Assembly: GCA_964523315.1 (NCBI GenBank)
Contig: CAZFYD010000002.1
Coordinates: forward strand, 236-64,235
Origin: an uncultured Acetatifactor sp.
GTDB lineage: Bacteria > Bacillota > Clostridia > Lachnospirales > Lachnospiraceae
Direction: 5' to 3'
DNA length: 64,000 nucleotides
Positions 1 through 10,612 of the stretch are shown piece after piece; position 1 is the stretch's first letter, and every line of letters begins with the position of its first letter. Both the position numbers and the translations under genes were made by a program. The notes beneath the pieces are model-generated. The model ran no database searches. It had not been told where the DNA came from and saw only the letters and a program-made list of their open reading frames with translations.

Positions 1-1861
1 CGTAGTAAAGGAGCTGGTGGAGAATGCCATTGATGCGGGGGCGGATTCCGTTACCGTGGAAATCAGAGAGGGCGGGATCAGCTTTATCCGCATTACCGAT
101 AACGGTTCGGGAATTGAGAGAGAGCAGCTTCGCACCGCCTTTTTGCGTCATGCCACCAGCAAGATTGAAAATGCAGAGGATCTGTCCTGCATTGCCAGCC
201 TGGGCTTTCGGGGTGAGGCCCTGTCCAGTATTGCTGCGGTGGCCATGGTGGAGGTCATCACCAAGACGGCTGATGCCCTGACCGGTACCCGCATGGTGCT
301 GGAAGGCCCTAAAGAGATCGCCTTTGAGGAGGTGGGAGCTCCCTGCGGCACCACCTTTCTGATCCGTAATCTGTTTTTCAACACCCCGGTGCGGCGAAAA
401 TTTTTAAAAAGCCCCGCCACAGAGGCAGGCTATATCATTGATCTGATGGAGCATATGGCTCTGTCACGGCCGGATATTTCCTTTAAATTCATTGTGGGCA
501 GCCAGACCCGGTTCTATACCTCAGGCAACGGGGAGCTCCGGGAGGTAATCTACCGCATTTACGGCAGGGAGTTGATTCAGAATCTGATTCCCTTTAACCT
601 GGAGACGGAGGAATTGATTTTGGACGGATATCTGGGGACGCCGGCAGTAGTCCGTTCCAACCGCAATTATGAGATCTATTATTTAAACGGCAGGTATATC
701 CACAGCACCCTGCTGAGCAAGGCTATTGAGGAGGGCTACCGGGAGTATCTGATGCAGCACAAATTTCCCTTATGCGTGCTGCATATCACGATGAAGGATA
801 TTTCCAAGGTGGATGTGAATGTGCATCCCTCCAAGATGGAGGTACGCTTTTTGGACGAACCGGGGATTTTTGAGGCGGTATCCGCAGGTATCCGGGAACG
901 TCTGCGCAGCCGGGAGATGATTCCCGATGTGGAGCTTGAGGGAAAACAGCCCGCCGGCCAGACGATAGAGCTGCTTCGGGAGATGATAAAGCCAGGGCAG
1001 ACCGCCGGGAATACGTCCGGGCCTGCAACGGGTCCCATGGTTCATACGATCCATGATCCCGCAAAAGCCAGGGAGGAGCTGCTGCAGAAGTCGGAAAGCG
1101 GTGGGATATCGGAGCTGCCGCTGGCGGAGAAAAAGGAGAAGCCCCCGGCGGCGCCGGAGCCCTTTGAGGAGAGCCGCAGCAGACAGTACCGGGTCATGGA
1201 AGAGATGCGGTACGAGGCGGATCGCCGGCAGATGCAGGATTACCGGCAGGGAGAATTGTTTGAGGATAAGGTGCTGACGCCCGAGAAGCGGGTATACTTT
1301 AAACTGATCGGTCAGGTATTTGACACTTACTGGCTGATCGAATATGAAGACAAACTGTTCATCATCGATCAGCATGCCGCCCATGAGAAGGTAAAATATG
1401 AGCGTTTTATGAAGCAGTACCATGAGAAAAAGCTGGTGACCCAGAACCTGATGCCGCCGATTATCGTCAGCCTTTCCGGGCAGGAGGAGACCGTGTACCG
1501 GGAATATGCGGAGGTTTTTGCCCAGCTGGGCTTTGAGGTGGAGCCCTTCGGCGGCAGCGAGTATGCCCTCCGCAGCGTGCCCGTGGATCTCTACGGCTGC
1601 CAGGAGAAGGAACTGTTTCTGTCGGTACTGGATGAGCTTTTGGAAGGAGGCATCCGGGGCGATCTGACCGCCGTGCGGGAGAAGATCGCCTCCATGTCCT
1701 GCAAGGCGGCGGTGAAGGGCAACAACCGGCTCAGCACCCAGGAGGCCCATAAGCTGATCGACGAGCTGCTGACCCTGGAGAATCCCTATAACTGTCCTCA
1801 TGGAAGACCCACCATCATATCCATGAGCAAATATGAAATGGAGAAAAAATTCAAGCGATGA
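1..1861 (+). CDS. mutL: DNA mismatch repair endonuclease MutL (5' end outside the window)
   Basis: Frame reads VVKELVENAIDAG from position 2; GHKL ATPase motifs DNGSG and GFRGEAL; C-terminal DQHAAHE and CPHGRP motifs. Confidence 0.98.
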   Translation, partial: VVKELVENAIDAGADSVTVEIREGGISFIRITDNGSGIEREQLRTAFLRHATSKIENAEDLSCIASLGFRGEALSSIAAVAMVEVITKTADALTGTRMVLEGPKEIAFEEVGAPCGTTFLIRNLFFNTPVRRKFLKSPATEAGYIIDLMEHMALSRPDISFKFIVGSQTRFYTSGNGELREVIYRIYGRELIQNLIPFNLETEELILDGYLGTPAVVRSNRNYEIYYLNGRYIHSTLLSKAIEEGYREYLMQHKFPLCVLHITMKDISKVDVNVHPSKMEVRFLDEPGIFEAVSAGIRERLRSREMIPDVELEGKQPAGQTIELLREMIKPGQTAGNTSGPATGPMVHTIHDPAKAREELLQKSESGGISELPLAEKKEKPPAAPEPFEESRSRQYRVMEEMRYEADRRQMQDYRQGELFEDKVLTPEKRVYFKLIGQVFDTYWLIEYEDKLFIIDQHAAHEKVKYERFMKQYHEKKLVTQNLMPPIIVSLSGQEETVYREYAEVFAQLGFEVEPFGGSEYALRSVPVDLYGCQEKELFLSVLDELLEGGIRGDLTAVREKIASMSCKAAVKGNNRLSTQEAHKLIDELLTLENPYNCPHGRPTIISMSKYEMEKKFKR

Positions 1862-2799
1862 GACCCTTGATCGTACTGACAGGCCCCACGGCAGTGGGCA
1901 AGACGGCCTTGTCCATACGGCTGGCCAAGGCGGTGGACGGCGAAATCCTCTCCGCAGATTCCATGCAGGTCTACCGGGGCATGGATATCGGTTCCGCTAA
2001 GATCCGGCCCCGGGAGATGGAGGGCGTTCCCCATCATCTGATCGATATTTTGGATCCGGCAGAGGAATTTAATGTAGTGGTGTTTCAGCATCTCTGCAAA
2101 CAGGCCATGGAGGACATCTATGAACGGGGACATATTCCCATCCTCACCGGCGGCACAGGCTTTTATATTCAGGCAGTGCTGAAGGATGTGGATTTTACGG
2201 AAAATCAGGAAAATACAGAGTACCGGCGGCAGCTGGAGGCACTGGCCGGGGAGGAGGGTCCCCAGGCGCTGCACCGGATGCTGGCCGCCGTGGATCCCGC
2301 TTCGGCCCGGGCTATCCATGCCAACAATGTCAAGCGGGTGATCCGGGCGCTGGAATTCTATCAGATGACTGGTCAGCCGATCTCGGCCCACAATGCGCAG
2401 GAGGCGGAAAAGGAATCCGCTTACCGCAGCTGTTATTTCGTCTTAAACGACAACCGGGAAAGGCTCTATCAGCGCATTGAACAGCGGGTGGATCAGATGC
2501 TGGCAGAGGGATTGGTGGAGGAGGTGCAGCGCCTGATGGATCAGGGCTGCCGCCGGAATATGGTATCCATGCAGGGCCTGGGATATAAGGAGATTCTGGA
2601 CTATCTGTCCGGAGAAACCACGCTGGAGGAGGCCGTCTGCCGCATCAAGCGGGATACCCGGCATTTTGCCAAGCGGCAGCTGACCTGGTTTCGCCGGGAG
2701 CGGGAAGTGATCTGGCTGAATAAGCCGGATTACGGCTATGATGACGACAAAATCCTGGAGGCCATGCAGCGACATCTGCAGGCGGCAGGAATATTATGA
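1858..2799 (+). CDS. miaA: tRNA dimethylallyltransferase
   Basis: GPTAVGKT P-loop, DSMQVYRGMDIGSAK, AKRQLTWF; ATGA overlap with mutL. Confidence 0.98.
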   Translation: MRPLIVLTGPTAVGKTALSIRLAKAVDGEILSADSMQVYRGMDIGSAKIRPREMEGVPHHLIDILDPAEEFNVVVFQHLCKQAMEDIYERGHIPILTGGTGFYIQAVLKDVDFTENQENTEYRRQLEALAGEEGPQALHRMLAAVDPASARAIHANNVKRVIRALEFYQMTGQPISAHNAQEAEKESAYRSCYFVLNDNRERLYQRIEQRVDQMLAEGLVEEVQRLMDQGCRRNMVSMQGLGYKEILDYLSGETTLEEAVCRIKRDTRHFAKRQLTWFRREREVIWLNKPDYGYDDDKILEAMQRHLQAAGIL

Positions 2800-2837
2800 T
2801 AAGCTGCTTGCATCAGGCGGGGAATATTATGATAAGC
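2788..2837 (+). repeat. 17-bp direct repeat GGAATATTATGATAAGC x2 (33-bp period)
   Basis: Exact copies at 2788-2804 and 2821-2837, each preceded by CAGGCGG. Confidence 0.85.
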
Positions 2838-2856
2838 ACGAGAGGAAAAGAAAAAG

Positions 2857-4179
2857 ATGGGATATGATATGTATGAGGCTCTGGGGATTTCCAGGGAAGT
2901 ATATGAATACGGAGAGGCGGTGATCGACAGGCTCCGGGAGCGCTTTGAACGGATCGACGCCACTGCGGAATACAACCAGCTGAAGGTGCTGAAGGGCATG
3001 CAGGAGCATCAGGTCAGCGAGGCCTGCCTGCTGGGCACCACCGGCTACGGCTACAACGATCTGGGCAGGGACACCTTAGAGCAGGTCTATGCGTCGGTAT
3101 TTCATACGGAGGACGCCCTGGTGCGGCCCCAGATCACCTGCGGTACCCATGCGCTGGCGCTGGCTCTGATGAGCAATCTGCGGCCGGGGGATGAGCTGCT
3201 GTCCCCGGTGGGAAAGCCCTACGACACGCTGGAGGAGGTCATCGGGATTCGGCCCTCCAAGGGTTCCCTGGCGGAGTACGGGGTGACCTATGCCCAGGTG
3301 GATCTGCTGCCGGACGGCAGCTTTGACTATGAGGGGATCCACCGCAGCATCAACCAGCGCACCCGCCTGGTGACGATCCAACGCTCCAAGGGCTACCAGA
3401 CTCGGCCCACCCTGTCCGTGGCAAGAATCGGGGAGCTGATCGCTTTTATCAAGGGGATTAAGCCCGATGTGCTCTGCATGGTGGACAACTGCTATGGAGA
3501 ATTTGTGGAGACCGTGGAGCCCAGCGATGCGGGAGCGGATATGGTGGTGGGCTCCCTGATTAAGAATCCCGGCGGCGGCCTTGCCCCCATCGGCGGCTAT
3601 ATCGCCGGGAAAAGGGAGTGCGTGGAAAATGCCGCATACCGCCTGACTTCCCCGGGACTGGGTAAGGAGGTGGGTGCTTCTCTGGGAGCGCTGAGCACTT
3701 TCTATCAGGGCTTTTTTCTGGCACCCATCGTTACCGCCGGGGCTCTGAAGGGCGCCATATTTGCAGCCAATATCTATGAACAGCTGGGCTATCCGGTAGT
3801 ACCCGACGGCAGGGAGTCCCGACATGACATTATTCAGGCAGTGACCTTCGGCTGCCCGGAGGGCGTGATCGCTTTCTGTGAGGGCATTCAGGCAGCGGCT
3901 CCTGTGGACAGCCATGTGACCCCTGAGCCCTGGAATATGCCGGGCTATGATGCGCAGGTAATCATGGCGGCAGGCGCCTTTGTGTCCGGCTCCTCCATCG
4001 AGCTGTCGGCGGACGGCCCAATAAAGCCCCCCTATGCGGTATATTTTCAAGGCGGACTTACCTGGCAGCACGCCAAATTCGGCATCTTAAAGTCCCTGCA
4101 GTCTCTTGTCGACAAAGGACTGGTAACAGCAAAGAATGTCACAAAAGCGGGAGAAAAAGTGAAAAATTCCGGGTTATAA
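2857..4179 (+). CDS. Methionine gamma-lyase family PLP protein (YnbB / aluminium-resistance family)
   Basis: TGYGYNDLGRD, GTHAL, DNCYGEF and GSLIKNPGGG motifs; usual position after miaA. Confidence 0.9.
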   Translation: MGYDMYEALGISREVYEYGEAVIDRLRERFERIDATAEYNQLKVLKGMQEHQVSEACLLGTTGYGYNDLGRDTLEQVYASVFHTEDALVRPQITCGTHALALALMSNLRPGDELLSPVGKPYDTLEEVIGIRPSKGSLAEYGVTYAQVDLLPDGSFDYEGIHRSINQRTRLVTIQRSKGYQTRPTLSVARIGELIAFIKGIKPDVLCMVDNCYGEFVETVEPSDAGADMVVGSLIKNPGGGLAPIGGYIAGKRECVENAAYRLTSPGLGKEVGASLGALSTFYQGFFLAPIVTAGALKGAIFAANIYEQLGYPVVPDGRESRHDIIQAVTFGCPEGVIAFCEGIQAAAPVDSHVTPEPWNMPGYDAQVIMAAGAFVSGSSIELSADGPIKPPYAVYFQGGLTWQHAKFGILKSLQSLVDKGLVTAKNVTKAGEKVKNSGL

Positions 4180-4303
4180 ATCACGGATTAGGTGTATACA
4201 GATTCGCAAAAATATGATAAGATAAATAAGACGCTTTGCAGAGCGTATAAAATCAAAGATGTATGAAATTCAGAGTAATACAAAAGAAAGTTGAGGGAAT
4301 ACT

Positions 4304-4543
4304 TTGAAGAGGATCAACTGGGTATTTATCGTGCTGGTATTGATCGGATTTGTGATCGGCCGTTTTATCGGAACCTATTTCAGCGGAAGTTTTCTGAATT
4401 ACGGTCAGACCTTCGGTCTGAGCAATCCCATTGTACTGGATCTGGGCTTTATCGTCCTGACATTCGGACTGCAGATCCAGATCACCATTGCCAGCGTCAT
4501 CGGTGTAGCCATTGCACTGATTGTATATCGGTTCATCAGGTAG
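4304..4543 (+). CDS. Small membrane protein (DUF4321-like)
   Basis: 79-aa hydrophobic ORF with LNYGQTFGL..P..LDLG pattern; GAGG RBS before TTG. Confidence 0.75.
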   Translation: MKRINWVFIVLVLIGFVIGRFIGTYFSGSFLNYGQTFGLSNPIVLDLGFIVLTFGLQIQITIASVIGVAIALIVYRFIR

Positions 4544-4586
4544 TCCTGCCGGAAGCCGCATATGGGAGAGGGCGGACAGGAGGACT

Positions 4587-5279
4587 ATGAATCAATTAGA
4601 AAAAGTAAAACAGGAGGATCTGCCTTACGAGAAATTTCTTCGCTTCGGGCCGGAAAGCCTGACAGAGAGCGAACTGGTAGCCATTATTCTGCGGACGGGT
4701 ACCAGGGATAAAAGCGCTCTGGAGCTGGCCCAGGAGGTGTTGGCTCTGGCGGATCCCTCCAGAGAAGGACTGCTGGGCCTGTATGACATTCCGTTGGAAC
4801 GTCTGATGGAGATCAACGGCATCGGCCAGGTTAAGGCGGTGAAGCTCAAATGCATCACCGAGCTGTCCAAGCGCATTGCCTCAGCCTCCGCCGGGGAACG
4901 GATCTGTCTGCAGAAGCCGGAGACGGTGGCTGCTTACTATATGGAACAGCTGCGGCACCGTCGGACGGAGTGCGTGGTACTGGTCTCGGCGGATGCCAGA
5001 GGGCATCTGCTTCGCGATGCGGTGATGAGCAGCGGCAGCGCCACCATGGCGCTGATCTCTCCCAGGGAGATTTTCCTGGAGGCCCTGAAGCATCAGGCGG
5101 TCAACATTATCCTGATCCACAATCATCCCAGCGGAGACCCTTCTCCCAGCAAAGCGGATACGGAACTCACCGGACAGATCGCCGGGATGGGGCAGATGCT
5201 GGGGATCCCGCTGCTGGACCACATCATTATCGGAGACAATAAGTATATGAGTTATCGGGAATCAGGGCTTTTACCATAG
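4587..5279 (+). CDS. radC: RadC family JAB/MPN domain protein
   Basis: HhH (GIGQVKA) and HNHPSGDPSPSKAD...LLDHIIIG motifs; start placed at ATG after AGGAGG. Confidence 0.95.
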   Translation: MNQLEKVKQEDLPYEKFLRFGPESLTESELVAIILRTGTRDKSALELAQEVLALADPSREGLLGLYDIPLERLMEINGIGQVKAVKLKCITELSKRIASASAGERICLQKPETVAAYYMEQLRHRRTECVVLVSADARGHLLRDAVMSSGSATMALISPREIFLEALKHQAVNIILIHNHPSGDPSPSKADTELTGQIAGMGQMLGIPLLDHIIIGDNKYMSYRESGLLP

Positions 5280-5316
5280 ATGAAATATTACGAAAATCCA
5301 GAAAGGGGCCTGTATT

Positions 5317-6327
5317 ATGGCAAATAACGCATTCGGTATCGACCTTGGTACCAACAATATCAAGATTTACAGCAAAAATGATGATAAGATTTTTGTAGAA
5401 AAGAACATGATTGCCATAGAAAATAAAAGCACTCTGTTTGCTTATGGAGATTCCGCTTTTGAAATGTATGAGAAAGCTCCGGGAAATATTCACATTTCCT
5501 ATCCTCTGTCCAACGGCGTGATTGCGGATATCAAGAACATGGAGACGCTGGTGCGGTATTTTATCGGGGATATCCAGAAAGGCAAGAGCCTGCCGGCGGA
5601 ATACTTTATTGCAGTCCCTACAGATGTGACGGAGGTGGAAAAGAGAGCCTTCTATGATCTGATCAAGGACGCCAATGTGAAGGCCCGCAAGATCATGGTG
5701 GTGGAAAAGGCGGTGGCAGACGGCCTGGGAATGGATATTGATGTGAAGAATTCGCAGGGAGTCATCGTTGTCAATGCGGGCTTTGAGACCACGGAGATCT
5801 CCATTTTATCTCTGGGCGGTATCGTGCTGAGCCGTCTGATCAAAGTGGGCGGTGCAAAATTTGATGAGGCCATCCGTGCAGCCGTGCGCCGTGAGTTCAG
5901 CCTGATTATCGGCGGCAAGACTGCCGAAACAGTGAAAATGTCTCTGTCCGAGCTGGAAGAGGGGAATCAGGGCGCTGTGGTCTACGGCAGGGATATTGTG
6001 ACCGGACTTCCGGTGGAGCGTGAGATTCCCACCAAGCTGGTAGTTGATTCCTTAGAAGAGCATTTTAACACGATCGTGGATAATGTAAAGGTGATTCTGG
6101 AGAGGACTCCGCCCGAGCTGGCGGCCGATATTTATCGCAACGGTATCTATCTGACCGGCGGCGCATCCCAGGTAAGTCATCTGGCGGATCGCATCAGCCA
6201 AGGGACGGGGTTGAAGGTCAATATCTCAGAGAGCCCGCTGACGAGCGTTGCTGTGGGATTATCCAGAATTATCAACGAGGACAACTATAAAACAGTAGCC
6301 TATGCGATTGAAGGGATGAGTAAATGA
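5317..6327 (+). CDS. mreB: Rod shape-determining protein MreB
   Basis: GIDLGT, actin-like fold motifs, LERTPPELAADI; operon context. Confidence 0.93.
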   Translation: MANNAFGIDLGTNNIKIYSKNDDKIFVEKNMIAIENKSTLFAYGDSAFEMYEKAPGNIHISYPLSNGVIADIKNMETLVRYFIGDIQKGKSLPAEYFIAVPTDVTEVEKRAFYDLIKDANVKARKIMVVEKAVADGLGMDIDVKNSQGVIVVNAGFETTEISILSLGGIVLSRLIKVGGAKFDEAIRAAVRREFSLIIGGKTAETVKMSLSELEEGNQGAVVYGRDIVTGLPVEREIPTKLVVDSLEEHFNTIVDNVKVILERTPPELAADIYRNGIYLTGGASQVSHLADRISQGTGLKVNISESPLTSVAVGLSRIINEDNYKTVAYAIEGMSK

Positions 6328-7196
6328 GCCCAGTTATAAAGAAAAAGGGGGGGAAATTTACGATACCCAGTAAATATCTCCTTTTTATTTTGACATGCCT
6401 GTGTACCGTACTGATGGGATTGACTTTCGGTACGGATATCTTTAATAAACCGCTGAATACGGCTGTGGGCTATGTGGTGGTGCCCTTTCAGCAGGGGATC
6501 AGCAAGGTGGGCAGCTGGCTTTCCGGACGGAAGGATGAGCTGAGCCAGATCCGTCAGCTTTTGGAGGAGAATGTGCAGCTCCGACAGCAGGTGGATGACC
6601 TGTTGGTGGAAAATACCCTGCTCCAGCAGGAAAAAGCGGAGCTCAGCCGCCTTCGGGATCTGTATCTGCTGGATAATCAGTATGATGAATATCACAAGGT
6701 AGGGGCCCGGATCATTGCCCGGGACAGCGGTAACTGGTATTCCGCCTTTGTGATCGACAAGGGAGAGAATGACGGTCTGGAGATCGACATGAATGTGATC
6801 GCCAGCGGCGGCCTGGTGGGGCGTATCAGCGAGATCGGTCCCAACTGGGCCAGAGTCACCTCCATCATTGCCGACAATTCCAATGTATCTGCCAAGACGC
6901 TGAATTCCTCGGATACGATGATTGTGTCCGGAGATCTGCAGACCATGCAGGACGGTGTGATCCGGTTCAGCCAGCTGATCGACAGTCAGGACAACGTGGC
7001 GGTGGGAGATAAGATAGTGACTTCCCATATCAGCGACAAATACCTTCCCAATATTCTGATTGGTACGATACATACCATCAATAAGGATTCCAACAACCTG
7101 ACCAAATCCGGTTATCTGACGCCTGCTGTGGATTTTGAGCATCTGGAGGAGGTACTGGTCATTACGGATATGAAATGGGAGATGGAAGATGCTTAG
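6324..7196 (+). CDS. mreC: Rod shape-determining protein MreC
   Basis: N-terminal TM segment, coiled coil, GLVGRI, P.VDF..LEEVLVI. Confidence 0.95.
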   Translation: MSPVIKKKGGKFTIPSKYLLFILTCLCTVLMGLTFGTDIFNKPLNTAVGYVVVPFQQGISKVGSWLSGRKDELSQIRQLLEENVQLRQQVDDLLVENTLLQQEKAELSRLRDLYLLDNQYDEYHKVGARIIARDSGNWYSAFVIDKGENDGLEIDMNVIASGGLVGRISEIGPNWARVTSIIADNSNVSAKTLNSSDTMIVSGDLQTMQDGVIRFSQLIDSQDNVAVGDKIVTSHISDKYLPNILIGTIHTINKDSNNLTKSGYLTPAVDFEHLEEVLVITDMKWEMEDA

Positions 7197-7707
7197 AAAG
7201 ATAACTCTGGCTGTGATGATCCTGTTCTGTTTCCTGCTGCAGACCACTGTTTTTCGCAGTCTGGCCTTTGCGGGGATCGTACCCGATCTGCTGATCGTGC
7301 TGACCTCTGCCTTCGGTTTCATGCGGGGAGAGAAGGAGGGGCTCTGGGTGGGCTTTTTTGCCGGGCTGCTCTGCGATATTTTTTTCGGGGATATTCTGGG
7401 CTTTCATGCGCTGATATATATGTATATCGGCTTTTTAAACGGCAAGTTCTGCAAGATCTTCTATCCGGAGGATATCAAGCTGCCCATTGCGCTGATTACG
7501 GTCAGTGATCTGTCCTACGGCATGATCTGCTATGTGCTGCTGTTTCTGCTGAGGGGCAGACTGGATTTCCTGTTTTATCTGAAAGCAGTGATCCTGCCGG
7601 AGACGGTATATACCATAGTTGTTACCTGTCTGCTCTATCCGCTGGCGCTGTTTGTCAACAACCGGCTGGAAGGCTTTGAGAGAAAGAGAGCGAAGAAATT
7701 TGTTTGA
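7189..7707 (+). CDS. mreD: Rod shape-determining protein MreD
   Basis: Hydrophobic 172-aa ORF with PDLLIV and GF..GLL.DI; follows mreC. Confidence 0.95.
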   Translation: MLRKITLAVMILFCFLLQTTVFRSLAFAGIVPDLLIVLTSAFGFMRGEKEGLWVGFFAGLLCDIFFGDILGFHALIYMYIGFLNGKFCKIFYPEDIKLPIALITVSDLSYGMICYVLLFLLRGRLDFLFYLKAVILPETVYTIVVTCLLYPLALFVNNRLEGFERKRAKKFV

Positions 7708-10576
7708 TAAGCTGAAAGAAAATATGATTAATTTTTTCACCAGCAGGCTGACGCTCCTGACGGTTGTTTTCTGTCTGCTGGGGGGCGTGCTGGTCTATCG
7801 GTGCTTTGTGCTGCAGATCGTACATGGTCAGGAATATCTGGACGATTTCATCCTGGAGACAGAAAAAACCAGGGACATTGCCAGCTCCAGAGGCAGTATC
7901 CGGGACCGCGACGGCAATATTCTGGCTTATGATGAACTGGCCTATTCCGTCAAAATAGAGGATGTGTATGAGAACAGTTCCAATAAGAACAAGGAACTGA
8001 ATGAGACGATCTACAAGCTGATTCATATGATTGAGAAAAACGGCGACCATATCATCGCCGATTTCAATATTGTGCTGGATGAAAACGGAAATTATACATA
8101 CAATGTGTCCGGCACCAGGCTGCTCCGTTTTCTGGCGGATGTTTACGGATACACCACCATTGACCTGCTGAAGGAGGAAGAGCAGGCGGCCTCCCCCGAA
8201 GAGGTGCTAGGCTATCTGGGCAGGAAATTTGCCATCGGTCAATATGCCGTGGAGGGGGACAGCAAGAGTGAATTTCTGGCGGGAGAAGGCTATACTCCGG
8301 AGGAATTTCTGAAGATGGTCACGATCCGGTATGCTATGAATCTCACCAGCTACCGCAAATATATCGGCACTACGGTGGCTAAGGATGTCAGCGAAGAAAC
8401 CGTGGCGGTGCTGATGGAGAACGAGTATCAGTTGGATGGTGTCTCCATCGTGGAGGATACGGTGCGTCGGTACAATGACAGTGAGTATTTTGCCCATATT
8501 CTGGGTTATACCGGCAAGATCGACTCCGAGGAGCTGACGGAGCTCAATGACGCCGATCTGGAAAGCGGCGGTTTGGGGGAGCGGTACAACAGCAATGATG
8601 TGGTGGGCAAAAGCGGAATTGAAAAGTCCATGGAGACCATACTGCAGGGCACCAAGGGCTATGAGACTGTATGTGTGGATAACATGGGAAAGGTGATCAG
8701 TATCCTGGACCGTCAGGAGGCACTGGCGGGAAATGATGTGTACCTGACTATAGACAGAAATCTGCAGATTGCCTGCTATCATATTCTGGAACAGCATATG
8801 GCCGGTATTCTGGTAGATAAAATCATCAATGCCAAGGAAGCGCCCTCTACAAGCAGCAGCGATATCAAAATCCCCATATATGATGTGTATTATGCCACGA
8901 TCAACAACAGTGTCATTGATATCACCCGTTTTACGGAGGAAAACGCAGGGGAGACGGAGATTGCCGTTCATGAGAAATATCTGGAATATCAGGAGCAGGT
9001 ATATGCCCGCCTGCGGGAGGAACTGCGGGAAAAGAAGACTCCTTATGATAAACTGACCCTGGAATATCAGATGTACCAGCTCCATATTGTAAATACGATC
9101 CTGCGGGGCAGCGGTATTCTGAATGCTGAGCTGATTGATGCGGATGACCCGGTACAGATCGCCTGGTCTGTAGATGAGACGATCAGTCTGTATGAATATC
9201 TGGACCACTGCATTGCACAGAACTGGATCGATGTGGACAAGCTGGAGCTGAAGCAGCAGTATGCCGATTCCGCCGAGATCTACGACAGGATCTGCGACTA
9301 TATTTTGGATGCTCTGGACCGGAATCTGGAATTTCAGAAGCTTATATACCGCTTTATGATTGAAAATGATGTGATCAGCGGCAAACAGATCTGTATGATC
9401 CTCTGTGAACAGAATGCCATTGAGATTCCCGAGGAAGAGGAACAGATGCTCTACGACGGTTCACTGTCGGCATTCCAGTTCATGATCAACCGGATTACCA
9501 ACCTGGATATCACCCCTGCGCAGCTGGCACTGTATCCCTGCAACGGCACGGTGGTGGTGACGGATGTGAACACCGGCGAGGTGCTGGCCCTGGTATCCTA
9601 TCCGGGCTATGACAACAATAAAATGGCTAATTCCGTGGATCCGGAATATTACAGCAAACTGCTAACGGACAAAACCAGCCCCATGCTGAATTATGCCACC
9701 CAGTATGCGGCGGCTCCCGGTTCCACCTTCAAGATGGTGTCCGCCACGGCGGCGCTGATGGAGGGGGTAATCACCTTAACCGATAAGATTACCTGTACCG
9801 GAACCTATACCCAGGTAACGCCGTCCCCCAGATGCTGGCTGCGTTCAGGACACGGTTCGCTGAGTGTGACCGGAGCTATCCAGAATTCCTGCAACTTCTT
9901 TTTCTATGAGATCGGTTATCGTTTAGCTACTGTAAACGGCAGCTACAATGCTCAGGACGGTCTGGATATTCTGGCAGAATATGCCCAGATGTACGGCCTG
10001 ACGGAAAAGTCGGGAGTGGAGATTGAGGAATCCCTGCCCTCCGTATCGGATGAGCTGCCCATTCCTTCCGCCATCGGACAGGGTTCCCACAGCTTCACTG
10101 CCGTGGGTCTGACCCGCTATGTAGCGGCCGTGGCAAATGGGGGCAGCGTTTATGATCTGACTTTGCTTGATCATGTGCAGGATACGGAAGGAAATATCCT
10201 GATGGAAAACGAACCGGTGCTGCATAACACCGTGGAGATGCCCGCAGAGTACTGGGATGCCATACGTCTGGGCATGCGCCGGGTGGTGGAGGGAAAGAGC
10301 TATTTTAACGGGCTGTCGATTCGGGTTGCCGGCAAAACTGGTACGGCGCAGCAGGTTGCTTCCCGTCCCAACCACGCATTGTTTGTGGGATATGCACCCT
10401 ATGATGATCCGGAGATTGCCATTACCGTACGGATTCCTTTCGGTTATTCCTCCGACTATGCCGCTCAGACCGCTAAGGATATAATTTCATATTATTACGG
10501 CCTGGAGGAAGAAGAGGATATTGTCAACGGCGTTGCGGATACGCCGGAGGCAGGCGTTTCCAATAATGAAATATAA
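7700..10576 (+). CDS. mrdA: Class B penicillin-binding protein (PBP2/MrdA-like) with large insertions
   Basis: N-terminal TM, dimerisation domain, STFK (SxxK), SCN (SxN) and KTG motifs; start estimated at TTG 7700. Confidence 0.9.
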   Translation: MFDKLKENMINFFTSRLTLLTVVFCLLGGVLVYRCFVLQIVHGQEYLDDFILETEKTRDIASSRGSIRDRDGNILAYDELAYSVKIEDVYENSSNKNKELNETIYKLIHMIEKNGDHIIADFNIVLDENGNYTYNVSGTRLLRFLADVYGYTTIDLLKEEEQAASPEEVLGYLGRKFAIGQYAVEGDSKSEFLAGEGYTPEEFLKMVTIRYAMNLTSYRKYIGTTVAKDVSEETVAVLMENEYQLDGVSIVEDTVRRYNDSEYFAHILGYTGKIDSEELTELNDADLESGGLGERYNSNDVVGKSGIEKSMETILQGTKGYETVCVDNMGKVISILDRQEALAGNDVYLTIDRNLQIACYHILEQHMAGILVDKIINAKEAPSTSSSDIKIPIYDVYYATINNSVIDITRFTEENAGETEIAVHEKYLEYQEQVYARLREELREKKTPYDKLTLEYQMYQLHIVNTILRGSGILNAELIDADDPVQIAWSVDETISLYEYLDHCIAQNWIDVDKLELKQQYADSAEIYDRICDYILDALDRNLEFQKLIYRFMIENDVISGKQICMILCEQNAIEIPEEEEQMLYDGSLSAFQFMINRITNLDITPAQLALYPCNGTVVVTDVNTGEVLALVSYPGYDNNKMANSVDPEYYSKLLTDKTSPMLNYATQYAAAPGSTFKMVSATAALMEGVITLTDKITCTGTYTQVTPSPRCWLRSGHGSLSVTGAIQNSCNFFFYEIGYRLATVNGSYNAQDGLDILAEYAQMYGLTEKSGVEIEESLPSVSDELPIPSAIGQGSHSFTAVGLTRYVAAVANGGSVYDLTLLDHVQDTEGNILMENEPVLHNTVEMPAEYWDAIRLGMRRVVEGKSYFNGLSIRVAGKTGTAQQVASRPNHALFVGYAPYDDPEIAITVRIPFGYSSDYAAQTAKDIISYYYGLEEEEDIVNGVADTPEAGVSNNEI

Positions 10577-10612
10577 GCCGAAGCAATCTTGCAAAACGGA
10601 AAACAGGAGATT

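Noticed and set aside
4587-5279. radC as a mobile-element or anti-defence gene
   Set aside because: Full-length chromosomal form in the standard radC-mreBCD context.
7700-10576. Unusually long PBP2 as an intein or fusion
   Set aside because: No intein splice motifs; large inserts are, to my recollection, usual in this lineage's PBP2.
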